Assembly (NCBI GenBank): GCA_022703375.1
Contig: JAKLDS010000006.1
Location: 2,798 to 66,797 of the forward strand
Direction: 5' to 3'
Length of the DNA stretch: 64,000 nucleotides
Origin: Deltaproteobacteria bacterium
GTDB lineage: Bacteria; Desulfobacterota; Syntrophia; Syntrophales; Smithellaceae
Shown: one piece after another, positions 31,138 through 40,183 of the stretch
Numbering within the stretch: position 1 is the stretch's first letter
Layout: each line of letters opens with the position of its first letter
Notes under the pieces: model-generated
The model's database searches: none
Seen by the model: only the letters and a program-made list of their open reading frames with translations
What the model was told of the DNA's origin: nothing
Made by a program: the position numbers and the translations under genes

Positions 31138-32472
31138 ATGAAGCAAATTTTCTGGATACTGTTTGTTCTGATCTGGAGCCTTACCGGCTGTATCAGAACA
31201 CCGGAAACCATCAAGGACATAAGCGAATTGCCCCAGGATCATGTTTTTTACCGGAACGATCTGAAGAATCCCCGCGATATTATGGCGCCGGCAGCGCAAA
31301 ATCTCTTAAATGAAGATTATAATATCATTTATTTTTCCGTTTGGCATCAGAAAGAACCGTTCCATGCCCTTCCGGAAAGGGTAACCGCTGATTTTAAAAA
31401 ATTCGGTCGGAAAACCGGTTACGGCGAAAACAAGAAAAAGCATACCTCTGCCTGGCTGAAAAAACTCCGGCAAAACGCCGCACTGGCCGGATATCCCAAT
31501 GCCCTGTATCCGGCAATTACCACGAGAGCCTGCGACATGAGAATACTGCCGACGCAGCAGCCGCATTTTTCCAGCACTGAAGGCGACAGCTGCGGATGGC
31601 CATTCGACAACCTGCAAAGATCATCTGTTGCCGCCAATGCCCCGCTTTTTGTCTGCCATATCAGCGCCGACAAAGCCTGGGCTTTGGTGGAAACCGATTT
31701 TGCCTTTGGCTGGATACCCGTTCAGGATTTTGCCGCCGTAGATGAAGCTTTCATCAAAAAATGGGAAACAGGCCGTTACGCGGTTATTACCAGAGACAAG
31801 ATTACGGTGAACGGTGCCAGGGAAGAGTTTCTGCTCAAAGCATCGCTGGGTTATATATTCCCACTGGTGCGGAACACCGCGGAAAAAAGGGAACTTCTGG
31901 TAGCTGTAGCCGACGAGAACAATAAAGCCGTTATCAAAAGCGGTTTCATTAACCGCACTGAGGCGGCCGCAAAGCCGCTGCGCTTTAACTCGCTGAATGC
32001 CGTAAAAATTGCCAACGAACTAATCGGCGAACCTTACGGCTGGGGAGGGCTTTACGGAAATCGCGATTGCTCCGCCCTGACCAGGGATTTTTTTGCCGTT
32101 TTCGGCCTCTGGTTGCCGCGTCATTCACAAGATCAGGTGAAAGAGGTCGGATCTTATATCAATCTGGCCGGCCTGAATCCGGAAGAAAAGGAAAAAACAA
32201 TTCTAACCAGGGGTATTCCCTATCTGACAATCATCTGGCGCAGAGGCCACATTATGCTTTATATCGGCGAGCAGGAAGGTCGCGCGCTGGTTTTCCACAA
32301 CATCTGGGGTATCAGAATCAGGGATTTACAGGGCAAACAGGGAAGAAAGATAATAGGTCAGGCGGTGATTACCACTCTGCAACCGGGGCAGGAATTAATA
32401 GCTCTTGATGCCGGAGGAGGAGATTTGCGGGCCAATATTTCCGGAATGAGCATTCTGGCCGCTGATAACTAA
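31138..32472 (+). CDS. NlpC/P60 (C40) peptidoglycan endopeptidase lipoprotein with N-terminal SH3-like domains
   Basis: 444 aa. Lipobox SLTGC. Catalytic Cys in GEPYGWGGLYGNRDCSALTRDFF and His in GHIMLYIG. Confidence 0.85.
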   Translation: MKQIFWILFVLIWSLTGCIRTPETIKDISELPQDHVFYRNDLKNPRDIMAPAAQNLLNEDYNIIYFSVWHQKEPFHALPERVTADFKKFGRKTGYGENKKKHTSAWLKKLRQNAALAGYPNALYPAITTRACDMRILPTQQPHFSSTEGDSCGWPFDNLQRSSVAANAPLFVCHISADKAWALVETDFAFGWIPVQDFAAVDEAFIKKWETGRYAVITRDKITVNGAREEFLLKASLGYIFPLVRNTAEKRELLVAVADENNKAVIKSGFINRTEAAAKPLRFNSLNAVKIANELIGEPYGWGGLYGNRDCSALTRDFFAVFGLWLPRHSQDQVKEVGSYINLAGLNPEEKEKTILTRGIPYLTIIWRRGHIMLYIGEQEGRALVFHNIWGIRIRDLQGKQGRKIIGQAVITTLQPGQELIALDAGGGDLRANISGMSILAADN

Positions 32473-32497
32473 CCATTCCCCGGAAGCGGGCTGATAA

Positions 32498-33271
32498 ATG
32501 TATAAATACAAACTTACCCTGGAATATGACGGCACCAATTACAGCGGCTGGCAGGTGCAAAAAAATGCCAGGAGCATTCAAGGCATTTTGATTAAAACCG
32601 CCGAAAATTTTCTGGAGACGCCTGTCGGAATTCAGGGCGCCGGGCGCACCGATGCCGGCGTTCATGCTCTGGGTCAGGTCGCTCATCTGGAAACAGCAAA
32701 ACAAATTGACGCGGAGAGATTGCGGTTCGGACTCAACGACAATCTGCCGGCCGGTATTAACATCCTGCATGTTCAGCAGGCCAATCCCCGTTTTCATGCC
32801 CGTCATCATGCCAAAAGCCGCAGCTATCTTTATCTTATTGCCCGGAGACGCACGGCTCTTGCCAAACGCTATGTCTGGTGGATAAAAGATATTCTGGATG
32901 TTAAAAAGATGCAGCGGGCGCTGGCGCATTTTGCCGGTTTTCATGATTTTGCTTCTTTCGCCGACAAAAAAATGGACAAGGATACATCAACGCAAGTCAA
33001 CATCGAGGCTGTGCAATTAAAAGAATTCAACAATATAATTGCCATCCGTATCGTCGGCTCTCATTTTCTCTGGAAGATGGTGCGGCGCATCGTTGGCGTA
33101 ACAGCCGAAGTCGGACGAGGCAAATTATCCGTCAGCGATATTGAAAAAATGCTCAATTCCTATTCGGATAAGCCGGCAAAATTTACGGCTCCGCCATCCG
33201 GACTCTTTCTGGAAAGTGTTTTATATGAAGGCGATAAATTACAGGAGATGAAACCACCGATTTGGTTGTGA
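32498..33271 (+). CDS. truA: tRNA pseudouridine(38-40) synthase
   Basis: 257 aa. YKYKLTLEYDGTNYSGWQVQ and GAGRTDAGVHALGQVAH. Confidence 0.9.
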   Translation: MYKYKLTLEYDGTNYSGWQVQKNARSIQGILIKTAENFLETPVGIQGAGRTDAGVHALGQVAHLETAKQIDAERLRFGLNDNLPAGINILHVQQANPRFHARHHAKSRSYLYLIARRRTALAKRYVWWIKDILDVKKMQRALAHFAGFHDFASFADKKMDKDTSTQVNIEAVQLKEFNNIIAIRIVGSHFLWKMVRRIVGVTAEVGRGKLSVSDIEKMLNSYSDKPAKFTAPPSGLFLESVLYEGDKLQEMKPPIWL

Positions 33272-33398
33272 CGATCAGGCGCTTAGGCTAAAGATAGGAG
33301 CCAGAAGACAGAATTCATAATTAAGATATGATCAAATTCAATATTCTGCATTCTGACTTCCGTATTCTTTATTCAGACCCCCTGACAAGGAGGATTCC

Positions 33399-35261
33399 AT
33401 GAACGGCTATACGGGCAAATTTCTGGACATTGATTTGACTCAAGGCAGTTGTAAGGATTTCACTCTCGATGCGGCCAGACTGAAAAAATTCATCGGCGGC
33501 AGTTCTCTGGCCGCGTCGCTTTATCTGGAAAGATATAACCTGCATGCCGATCCTCTGGCTCCGGAAAACCCCCTGATGATTATAAACGGCCCGCTGGTCG
33601 GCAGCGGTTTTCCCGGCTCATCACGTTTTGCCGTTGCCGCCAAATCCCCGCAGACCGGCATCTGGGGCGAGGCGGCCTGCGGCGGAAATTTTGGTCCCGA
33701 GCTGAAAAAGGCCGGCTTTGACGGTATTATCATCACTGGTGCCAGCTCCTCTCCCGTAGTCCTCTCCATCATAAACGGTGAAGCAAAAATTTCTTCCGCC
33801 GAAAATCTCTGGGGTAGAGACATCTATGATGTTACCGATGTCCTCAAGAAGGAAGATAAAGGATGGAAAGTTCTGGCGATTGGGCCGGCCGGAGAAAACC
33901 TGGTCAAATATGCCGCCATCGCTAATGACAAAGCCCATTTTATCGGCCGCACCGGCCTGGGAGCCGTCATGGGTTCCAAAAAGCTGAAAGCCGTTATTGT
34001 CCGGGGTAATCAGTCACCGGGTAAAGCCGATGAACAAAAGTACAAGGAGATTTTCAAGGCTGCCGTGCAGGAAATTAAAGAATCCGCTTTTGCCGAATCA
34101 CTGCATCTGATGGGATCGGATGCCGCGATGGATTTAGGCATGATGACAGGCGATGTTCCGGTAAAGAACTGGACATCGGGCGGCGATTTTGAGCTGTCGT
34201 CCAAACTCAGCGGTCCCACCATGCGGGAAACTTATCTGACCCGCGCTCATGCCTGTGCCAATTGTCCGGTCGCCTGTAAAAGAGTGGTGGCGGTGAAAGA
34301 CGGTCCCTGTCTGACGGAAGAGGGGCCGGGGCCGGAATACGAAACCTGCTGTACCTTCGGCACCCTGATTATGAATTACGATCTGGCCGCAGTCATCAAA
34401 GCCAACGAACTTTGCAACCGTTACGGTATGGATACCATCAGCGCCGGGGCGACCATTGCCATGGCCATGGAACTCTATGAAAAAGGGATTGTCAACAGAC
34501 AGAAGACCGATAATCTGGAGCTAACCTGGGGCAATATGGATGCCGTTTTCGCTCTTTTGAAAAAAATTGCCTATCGGGAAGGCTGGGGCGACATGCTGGC
34601 CGAGGGATCTGCTGCCGCTGCCCGGAAACTTGGCGGCAGCGCCATTGATTCTGCAGTTCATGTCAAGGGATTGGAATTGCCCATGCATGATCCGCGCGGC
34701 TTTCACGGCATGGGGCTCGCTTACATGATGTCCAACCGCGGCGCCTGCCACTTGCAGCATGCCGCCATGGGAATGGAACAGGGAATGGTTTCCTGGCCGC
34801 AGCTCTTTGCCATGAAAGAGGACTACGACGGCAAAACATCGGAGGGCAAGGCCCTGCTCGTTTTTAATGCGGAAAATTACGGCATTCTCGGCAACAGCCT
34901 TTCCATCTGCCACTATCTGATGTACTGCCTGAAGCCGGAAACGGTCAGAGACGCTTTTAACGCCGTTACCGGTTTTAACTTTGAATTTCAGGATTTCCTG
35001 CTCTGCGGCGCGCGTGATTGGACGTTGAAGCGCGGCATTAATAATTTGCTCGGCGTTTCGGTTAAAGATGACGTCCTGCCGAAAAAAATTCTCACGCCGC
35101 TGACGGATGGCGCCGCCAGCGGGTCAGTTCCCGATATGGAATTGCTGCGCAATGAATATTATGCGATTCGCGGCCTGACAGCGGAAGGAATTCCGAAGGA
35201 GGAAAAGCTGCGGGAACTGGGGTTGGAGGAACTGAGAAGAAAACTTTATGAAAATAAATGA
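33399..35261 (+). CDS. aor: aldehyde:ferredoxin oxidoreductase (tungstopterin AOR family)
   Basis: 620 aa. N-terminal GYTGKFLDIDLTQG..GGSSLAASLY. [4Fe-4S] ligand region CANCPVACKR. C-terminal AOR domains. Confidence 0.9.
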   Translation: MNGYTGKFLDIDLTQGSCKDFTLDAARLKKFIGGSSLAASLYLERYNLHADPLAPENPLMIINGPLVGSGFPGSSRFAVAAKSPQTGIWGEAACGGNFGPELKKAGFDGIIITGASSSPVVLSIINGEAKISSAENLWGRDIYDVTDVLKKEDKGWKVLAIGPAGENLVKYAAIANDKAHFIGRTGLGAVMGSKKLKAVIVRGNQSPGKADEQKYKEIFKAAVQEIKESAFAESLHLMGSDAAMDLGMMTGDVPVKNWTSGGDFELSSKLSGPTMRETYLTRAHACANCPVACKRVVAVKDGPCLTEEGPGPEYETCCTFGTLIMNYDLAAVIKANELCNRYGMDTISAGATIAMAMELYEKGIVNRQKTDNLELTWGNMDAVFALLKKIAYREGWGDMLAEGSAAAARKLGGSAIDSAVHVKGLELPMHDPRGFHGMGLAYMMSNRGACHLQHAAMGMEQGMVSWPQLFAMKEDYDGKTSEGKALLVFNAENYGILGNSLSICHYLMYCLKPETVRDAFNAVTGFNFEFQDFLLCGARDWTLKRGINNLLGVSVKDDVLPKKILTPLTDGAASGSVPDMELLRNEYYAIRGLTAEGIPKEEKLRELGLEELRRKLYENK

Positions 35262-35271
35262 GGCTGGGGTT

Positions 35272-35450
35272 AATAATATGACTCAATCGTGCTCAGAATC
35301 TTTTTACGACCATGCAGAGCTCTCGCTGCGTTGCCAAAGCAAAAACTCGTCCACCGTCGGTGGACTCAAACACTTGCTTTGGCGGACACTCCGCTGCGAG
35401 GGCATGGTACCCGTAAAAAGCTTAATTCGCACTTTCTGAGTCATATTATT
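35272..35450. repeat. 179-bp long imperfect palindrome (hairpin-forming intergenic element), copy C
   Basis: 14-bp terminal arms AATAATATGACTCA / TGAGTCATATTATT. Internal perfectly complementary blocks: TTTTTACG/CGTAAAAA, ACCATGC/GCATGGT, GCCAAAGCAA/TTGCTTTGGC, GTCCACC/GGTGGAC. Confidence 0.6.
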
Positions 35451-35493
35451 CTATATTGGATTAGTAGTTCTAAAAATATAGGGAGGATGAAAA

Positions 35494-35919
35494 ATGGCCG
35501 AATACAAAGCGTTTACTCAGGAATGGATGGATGCGTGGAAAGAAAAAATCACCGGTTCACAGGAATATAAGGAAATCGCCAAAGACTGGGAAGGCAGTGT
35601 GTCAATAACAGTCAATGCCGATCCGTCGAAAAATGTTCCGGAGACGGTTTACATGTTTACCGATTACTGGCATGGCGATGTGCGTGATTTTGTTCTTTGC
35701 GATGCCGCGCGCGCGCAGACGGCAAAATTCGTTATGAGCGGAGATTATGCCCGCTGGAAACAGGTTGCTAAAAAAGAACTTGACGCCACCAAAGCGCTGA
35801 TGCAGGGAAAATTAAAGCTCAAGGGTGACCTGACTTACGTTGTCCGCAACATCAAGACGGTCAACAAAGTCATTGATCTCTTGACCGAAGTAAACACCAT
35901 TTTTCCGGACGAGGGGTGA
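35494..35919 (+). CDS. SCP2 (sterol carrier protein 2)-fold domain protein
   Basis: 141 aa. C-terminal ALMQGKLKLKGDLTYVVRNIKTV is typical of SCP2 lipid-binding domains. Confidence 0.7.
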   Translation: MAEYKAFTQEWMDAWKEKITGSQEYKEIAKDWEGSVSITVNADPSKNVPETVYMFTDYWHGDVRDFVLCDAARAQTAKFVMSGDYARWKQVAKKELDATKALMQGKLKLKGDLTYVVRNIKTVNKVIDLLTEVNTIFPDEG

Positions 35920-35922
35920 ACT

Positions 35923-37089
35923 ATGGCTTACGATCAGGATTTGTCATTTGTTTATCTGGGGACGACCAAGGTAATTTTCGGCATCGGGTCTTCCTCGCAG
36001 GAGTTAGAGGCGGAAATGAATTCGCTGCACTGTTCCCGGGCAGTTGTTGTCACCGACCAGGGTATTATTAAAGCCGGACTGCTCGATAAAATAACGGCGG
36101 GGTTGGGAGCTAAATGTGTGGGTGTTTATAGCGACATTCCGCAGGATACGGGCATTGATGTTGTGGATAAAGCAGCGGCATTTGCCAGGGCAAAAGGGGC
36201 GGATATCCTGATCAGTGTCGGCGGCGGCAGTGTTATTGATACCGCCAAATGCATGTGCATTTTGCTCACCGAAGGCGGTTCTCTTAATGATTTTGAAGGT
36301 ATTCAATTGCTGACGCGCCCGCAGCTGCCCCACGTTGTAATTCCCACCACGGCGGGCACGGGCAGCGAAGTAACCTGGGCGGCGGTTGTTTTTGACAAAA
36401 GCAAAGGACAGAAAATACTGATTGTCGAATCTTTCAACGCGCCGCGGGTCGCTATTCTTGACCCGCAGTTAACAGCCAAGCTGCCTCCTCTTTTAACGGC
36501 TTCCACCGGCATGGACGCCTTTTGTCATGCCGTTGAGGCGATATCTTCAATGCAGCGTGAGCCGGTTGCCGATGCGCTGGGCATGCATGCCCTCCGCCTT
36601 TTAACCAAATATCTGCCGATCTGTGTTGCAGACGGCTCAAATCTTGCCGCACGCGGGCAGGTGCAGCTGGCAGCGACAATGGCCGGCTGGGCTTTCGGCA
36701 ATGCGATGGTGGGTTTGGTGCATGCCATGGCGCATTCCATCGGCGCCGTCGCCCATGTGCCGCATGGGATTGCCAACGGAATCCTGCTGCCTCACTGCAT
36801 GGAATTTAATATTCCCGCTGCGGAGGATTATTATGCTGCTGTTGCCGAAGCTATGGGAGTCAGAAGAAACGGGCAATCGGATGGCGAGGCGGCCCGGGCT
36901 GCAGTAAAGGCCGTCTTTGCTTTGACAAAAAAAATCGGTCATCCGCAAAAGCTCTCTGAATGCGGCGTGCAGGAAGAACATATTATCAAAGCGGCTGAGT
37001 TGAGCATGTCGGACGGCTCGATTATCAACAACGCCCGCTTTGTAACCGGCGCTGATGAAGTTCTGGGAATATTCCGCCAGGCTCTGTAA
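35923..37089 (+). CDS. iron-containing (group III) alcohol dehydrogenase
   Basis: 388 aa. GGGSVIDTAK and metal-binding His cluster VHAMAHSIGAVAHVPHG. Confidence 0.9.
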   Translation: MAYDQDLSFVYLGTTKVIFGIGSSSQELEAEMNSLHCSRAVVVTDQGIIKAGLLDKITAGLGAKCVGVYSDIPQDTGIDVVDKAAAFARAKGADILISVGGGSVIDTAKCMCILLTEGGSLNDFEGIQLLTRPQLPHVVIPTTAGTGSEVTWAAVVFDKSKGQKILIVESFNAPRVAILDPQLTAKLPPLLTASTGMDAFCHAVEAISSMQREPVADALGMHALRLLTKYLPICVADGSNLAARGQVQLAATMAGWAFGNAMVGLVHAMAHSIGAVAHVPHGIANGILLPHCMEFNIPAAEDYYAAVAEAMGVRRNGQSDGEAARAAVKAVFALTKKIGHPQKLSECGVQEEHIIKAAELSMSDGSIINNARFVTGADEVLGIFRQAL

Positions 37090-37110
37090 AAAGGGTAAAG
37101 GTAGTTATTT

Positions 37111-37527
37111 ATGGATTACAGTATAGTCAACAATGCGCAGGATTTGCCGTTTTCTTTCATCGTGCAGGATATTATCGCGGGTAATTTGGAACGCTCCGCA
37201 GCCAAGCTCGCGGTTTTTAAAAAGATGGAGGGCATTGCCGCAATTGACCTGCCGGATATTGCCGCGGCTGTTACTCTCATCTTTCAGCGCGGGAAGTTGA
37301 CGCTGGAAACGGGTATTGTCAGCAATCCGGCCATTATAATTAAAACATCATCGGATATTGTGACGGATCTGAATCTGCTGAAAATCTGCTGCGGTCTGCC
37401 CTGTTATTTTAATGCCTCAGGCCGACGCGTGCTGCGTCACCTGCTCGCGGGTAATCTCCGGATTAAAGGTTTGTTTACGCATCCGGTGTTGCTCAATCGT
37501 TTTACGGAGATTATGTCGGTTATATAA
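37111..37527 (+). CDS. hypothetical protein, second SCP2-like domain
   Basis: 138 aa. C-terminal LLAGNLRIKGLFTHPVLLNRFTEIM parallels the G-x-L-x-x-K-G motif of the first SCP2 protein. The assignment is weak. Confidence 0.45.
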   Translation: MDYSIVNNAQDLPFSFIVQDIIAGNLERSAAKLAVFKKMEGIAAIDLPDIAAAVTLIFQRGKLTLETGIVSNPAIIIKTSSDIVTDLNLLKICCGLPCYFNASGRRVLRHLLAGNLRIKGLFTHPVLLNRFTEIMSVI

Positions 37528-37554
37528 AACTGTTTGCGAAAACAGCAATGAACT

Positions 37555-38442
37555 ATGGAAATGAGCAATCAGAAAAAAACATTCCGGCCGGCCGCCTTGT
37601 TGCGGCGGGCGGGAATTTATCTGATTCATCTGGGTGTCGTTCTGGTTATCATGGCCGCCCTGATCAGTTATTTCCGTGCCTGGAGTTTCCCTTTGAAAAT
37701 TTCCGCAGGGGAAACAATCAGCTTGCTGCCCTGGCCGCAGGAAGTTCCGGCGGAGTTCAAAAAAATAGGCTTGTGTCTGGAAAAATTCACGGTGGATTAC
37801 TACGAGGATGGACGCTCGAGAGATTATCAGGCAACTTTCGTGCTGGGTGACGGCAGTAAGGTGTTTCCTGCCCGGTTATTGACCATCAACAATCCGCTTC
37901 GCTATAAAGGAATTAATTTTTATCTGACGGGGTGCGGAGTCACCCCGGCCAATTATTTCCTGAAGGTTAAAAAGAACGGCCGGATGCTGGCCATGACCGC
38001 GGCCGAGGAAGACACGAAATTTGACATGAATAATTTTACAATAAAATTCCTGCGCGTGGAAGAGGATGTCCAGGGCTTCGGACCGGCGGTAAAAATAGCG
38101 GTAAGCGAAGGAAAGCGGTCGCAGGATATGTGGATTTTTCAGAATAGGGAAAAGATAAAAAAGAAAAATCAGCAGATTTTCCGGGAAAAGCCCGTGCTGG
38201 ACCCCGCTTATTTTAAACCCTATCACTTTTCTCTTACTTCCGATGAACCCCGGCTTTATGTTTTGCTGAAAATTGCTCACGATCCGTCGGTGACGCCGGC
38301 CGCCGCCGGAGGACTTGCGCTTGTTCTGGGTGTTTTTACGGCATTTTTATTTTCCCGGGCGCGCCGGACTGCCGAAGGCAATCGCCGGCTTTCAGCAGTA
38401 AAAAAATATTTTGCCGGAAACAAGAGAGGCCGCGATGCATGA
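37555..38442 (+). CDS. resB: ResB/CcsB-like cytochrome c biogenesis protein (short form)
   Basis: 295 aa. N-terminal TM IYLIHLGVVLVIMAALISYF. DYQATFVL..LTINNPLRYKGINFYLTG as in ResB periplasmic domains. C-terminal TM. The stop overlaps the ccsA start (ATGCATGA). Confidence 0.7.
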   Translation: MEMSNQKKTFRPAALLRRAGIYLIHLGVVLVIMAALISYFRAWSFPLKISAGETISLLPWPQEVPAEFKKIGLCLEKFTVDYYEDGRSRDYQATFVLGDGSKVFPARLLTINNPLRYKGINFYLTGCGVTPANYFLKVKKNGRMLAMTAAEEDTKFDMNNFTIKFLRVEEDVQGFGPAVKIAVSEGKRSQDMWIFQNREKIKKKNQQIFREKPVLDPAYFKPYHFSLTSDEPRLYVLLKIAHDPSVTPAAAGGLALVLGVFTAFLFSRARRTAEGNRRLSAVKKYFAGNKRGRDA

Positions 38443-39250
38443 TATTCTTCTTTTGCAACTGACGTTGAGTTTTTATGTCATTGCTTTGCTGCTCGATCTG
38501 CTGCGGTTTTTCGTTAACGCAAAAGCAGTTTTCCGCTTTTCCTTTATTTTTTCATCCGTCGGATTCGTTTTGCATAACATGGCGATAATTTTGCGCTGGC
38601 TGTTGTCGGGGCATGTGCCGCTGGCCAGTTTTTACGAGTCACTGATTTTCCTCAGCTGGGCGATTGTTTTAATTAATCTTTTTATTGAAATTAAATACGT
38701 CAGACGGGATTTACGTGTATTTATGCTGCCGCTGGGCTCTCTGATGATAGCGGCAGCTTTATTCTCACCGTTGGTTAGCCCGCGTATTGAGCAGCTTCCG
38801 CCCGCCCTGCAAGGCGGCTGGCTTGTTATTCATGCTGCCGCTTGCCTGATCGGTTTTGCCGCATTTGCGGCCGCGTTTGCGCTGGGATTGCTGCATTTTA
38901 TTAAAAAAGCCGTCGCGGGAACTAAAGGGCTGATGCTGGCAGCACCGTCTCTTCTGTCCATCAACTTCTGGATTTATCGCTTTGTCCGCTGGGGGTTCCT
39001 TTTTCTGGTGGTCGGTATCGTCACCGGTTCCGCCTGGGCTTACAGCGCCTGGGGGACTTACTGGAGCTGGGATCCGAAAGAGACCTGTTCACTAATTACA
39101 TTGCTTGTGTACGCCGTAATGCTTCATTTACGCCAAACAGGCTGGAAACAGAGAAATATTCCGGCTCTGTTGTCCATAGCCGGATTTATCCTGGTGCTCT
39201 TTACCTACTGGAGCTCCTTCATATTTAACAGCTTGCACAACTATAATTAA
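38435..39250 (+). CDS. ccsA: cytochrome c biogenesis protein CcsA/ResC (system II heme handling)
   Basis: Start taken at the ATG at 38435 (MHDILLLQL). Polytopic. Tryptophan-rich WWD-type motif WAYSAWGTYWSWDPKE. Confidence 0.85.
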   Translation: MHDILLLQLTLSFYVIALLLDLLRFFVNAKAVFRFSFIFSSVGFVLHNMAIILRWLLSGHVPLASFYESLIFLSWAIVLINLFIEIKYVRRDLRVFMLPLGSLMIAAALFSPLVSPRIEQLPPALQGGWLVIHAAACLIGFAAFAAAFALGLLHFIKKAVAGTKGLMLAAPSLLSINFWIYRFVRWGFLFLVVGIVTGSAWAYSAWGTYWSWDPKETCSLITLLVYAVMLHLRQTGWKQRNIPALLSIAGFILVLFTYWSSFIFNSLHNYN

Positions 39251-39319
39251 GGTTTGGGAAAGATTTCTTTGAAAAGCATAAAGCATTGTATTATAAAATA
39301 CCGAAACGAGGAAATTGTT

Positions 39320-40135
39320 ATGGCGACTATAAAGGTAAACGGCGTCAATATTTATTACGAACTTAAGGGGAAGCCGGAAGGGGACGAAGCGGTTGTTTTT
39401 TTGAACGGCATAATGAGTACGGTGGCCGGCTGGGCGCTGCAGGTGCCGACTTTTGCAAAGGCCGGCTATAAAATTCTGCTGCACGATTTCCGCGGTCAGC
39501 TTATGTCGGAAAAGCCGCAGGGCGGTTACACTTTTTCCGTCCACGTGGCGGACATGAAAGCGCTTCTCGATAATCTGGGCATAAAAAAAACACATATTAT
39601 CAGCACTTCCTACGGCGGAATTGTCGGTTTGCGCTTCACTCTCGATTATCCCGAATATGTGAAAAGTTTTACTCTGATAGACGGACTGGCGCAAATAGAC
39701 AGCAGATTTCGCTGGATTGTCGCCAGCTGGCAGGATTTGGTAAAGGAGGGCGATATGCTAAAATTATTCCGGGCGATCGTTCCTGTCATCTACAGCAACA
39801 ATTATTTGCAAAATAACGAAAAAACGTTGCGGGAAAGAGAATTACTGCTGAAAAACACGCCGCGTGAATTTATCGAGGCTTTTTCTGCCCTGCTCACCAA
39901 TGCGGTGCAAGGCACTGAATACACTGCGGCGCTGCCCGGGATAAAATGCCCGGTACTGCTGATTTGCGGCGAACATGACCAGCTTACGCCGGTAAAATTT
40001 TCCCGCCTGATTAAAGAGCAAATACCGCATGCGGAATTTGTGATTGTGCCGGAATGCGGCCATACGACAATTTATGAAAAACCGGAAGTGGTAAACTCGC
40101 TGGCGCTGGGATTTGTTACTAAAATAAATAGATAA
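39320..40135 (+). CDS. alpha/beta hydrolase
   Basis: Start taken at the ATG at 39320 after GAGGAA (MATIKVNGVNIYYELKG). STSYGG nucleophile elbow. C-terminal CGHTTIYEKPE His region. Confidence 0.8.
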   Translation: MATIKVNGVNIYYELKGKPEGDEAVVFLNGIMSTVAGWALQVPTFAKAGYKILLHDFRGQLMSEKPQGGYTFSVHVADMKALLDNLGIKKTHIISTSYGGIVGLRFTLDYPEYVKSFTLIDGLAQIDSRFRWIVASWQDLVKEGDMLKLFRAIVPVIYSNNYLQNNEKTLRERELLLKNTPREFIEAFSALLTNAVQGTEYTAALPGIKCPVLLICGEHDQLTPVKFSRLIKEQIPHAEFVIVPECGHTTIYEKPEVVNSLALGFVTKINR

Positions 40136-40183
40136 AACGGTTTTTGTGCCGGCAAACCAGATACCGAAAAGGAGGTTGAAGAA

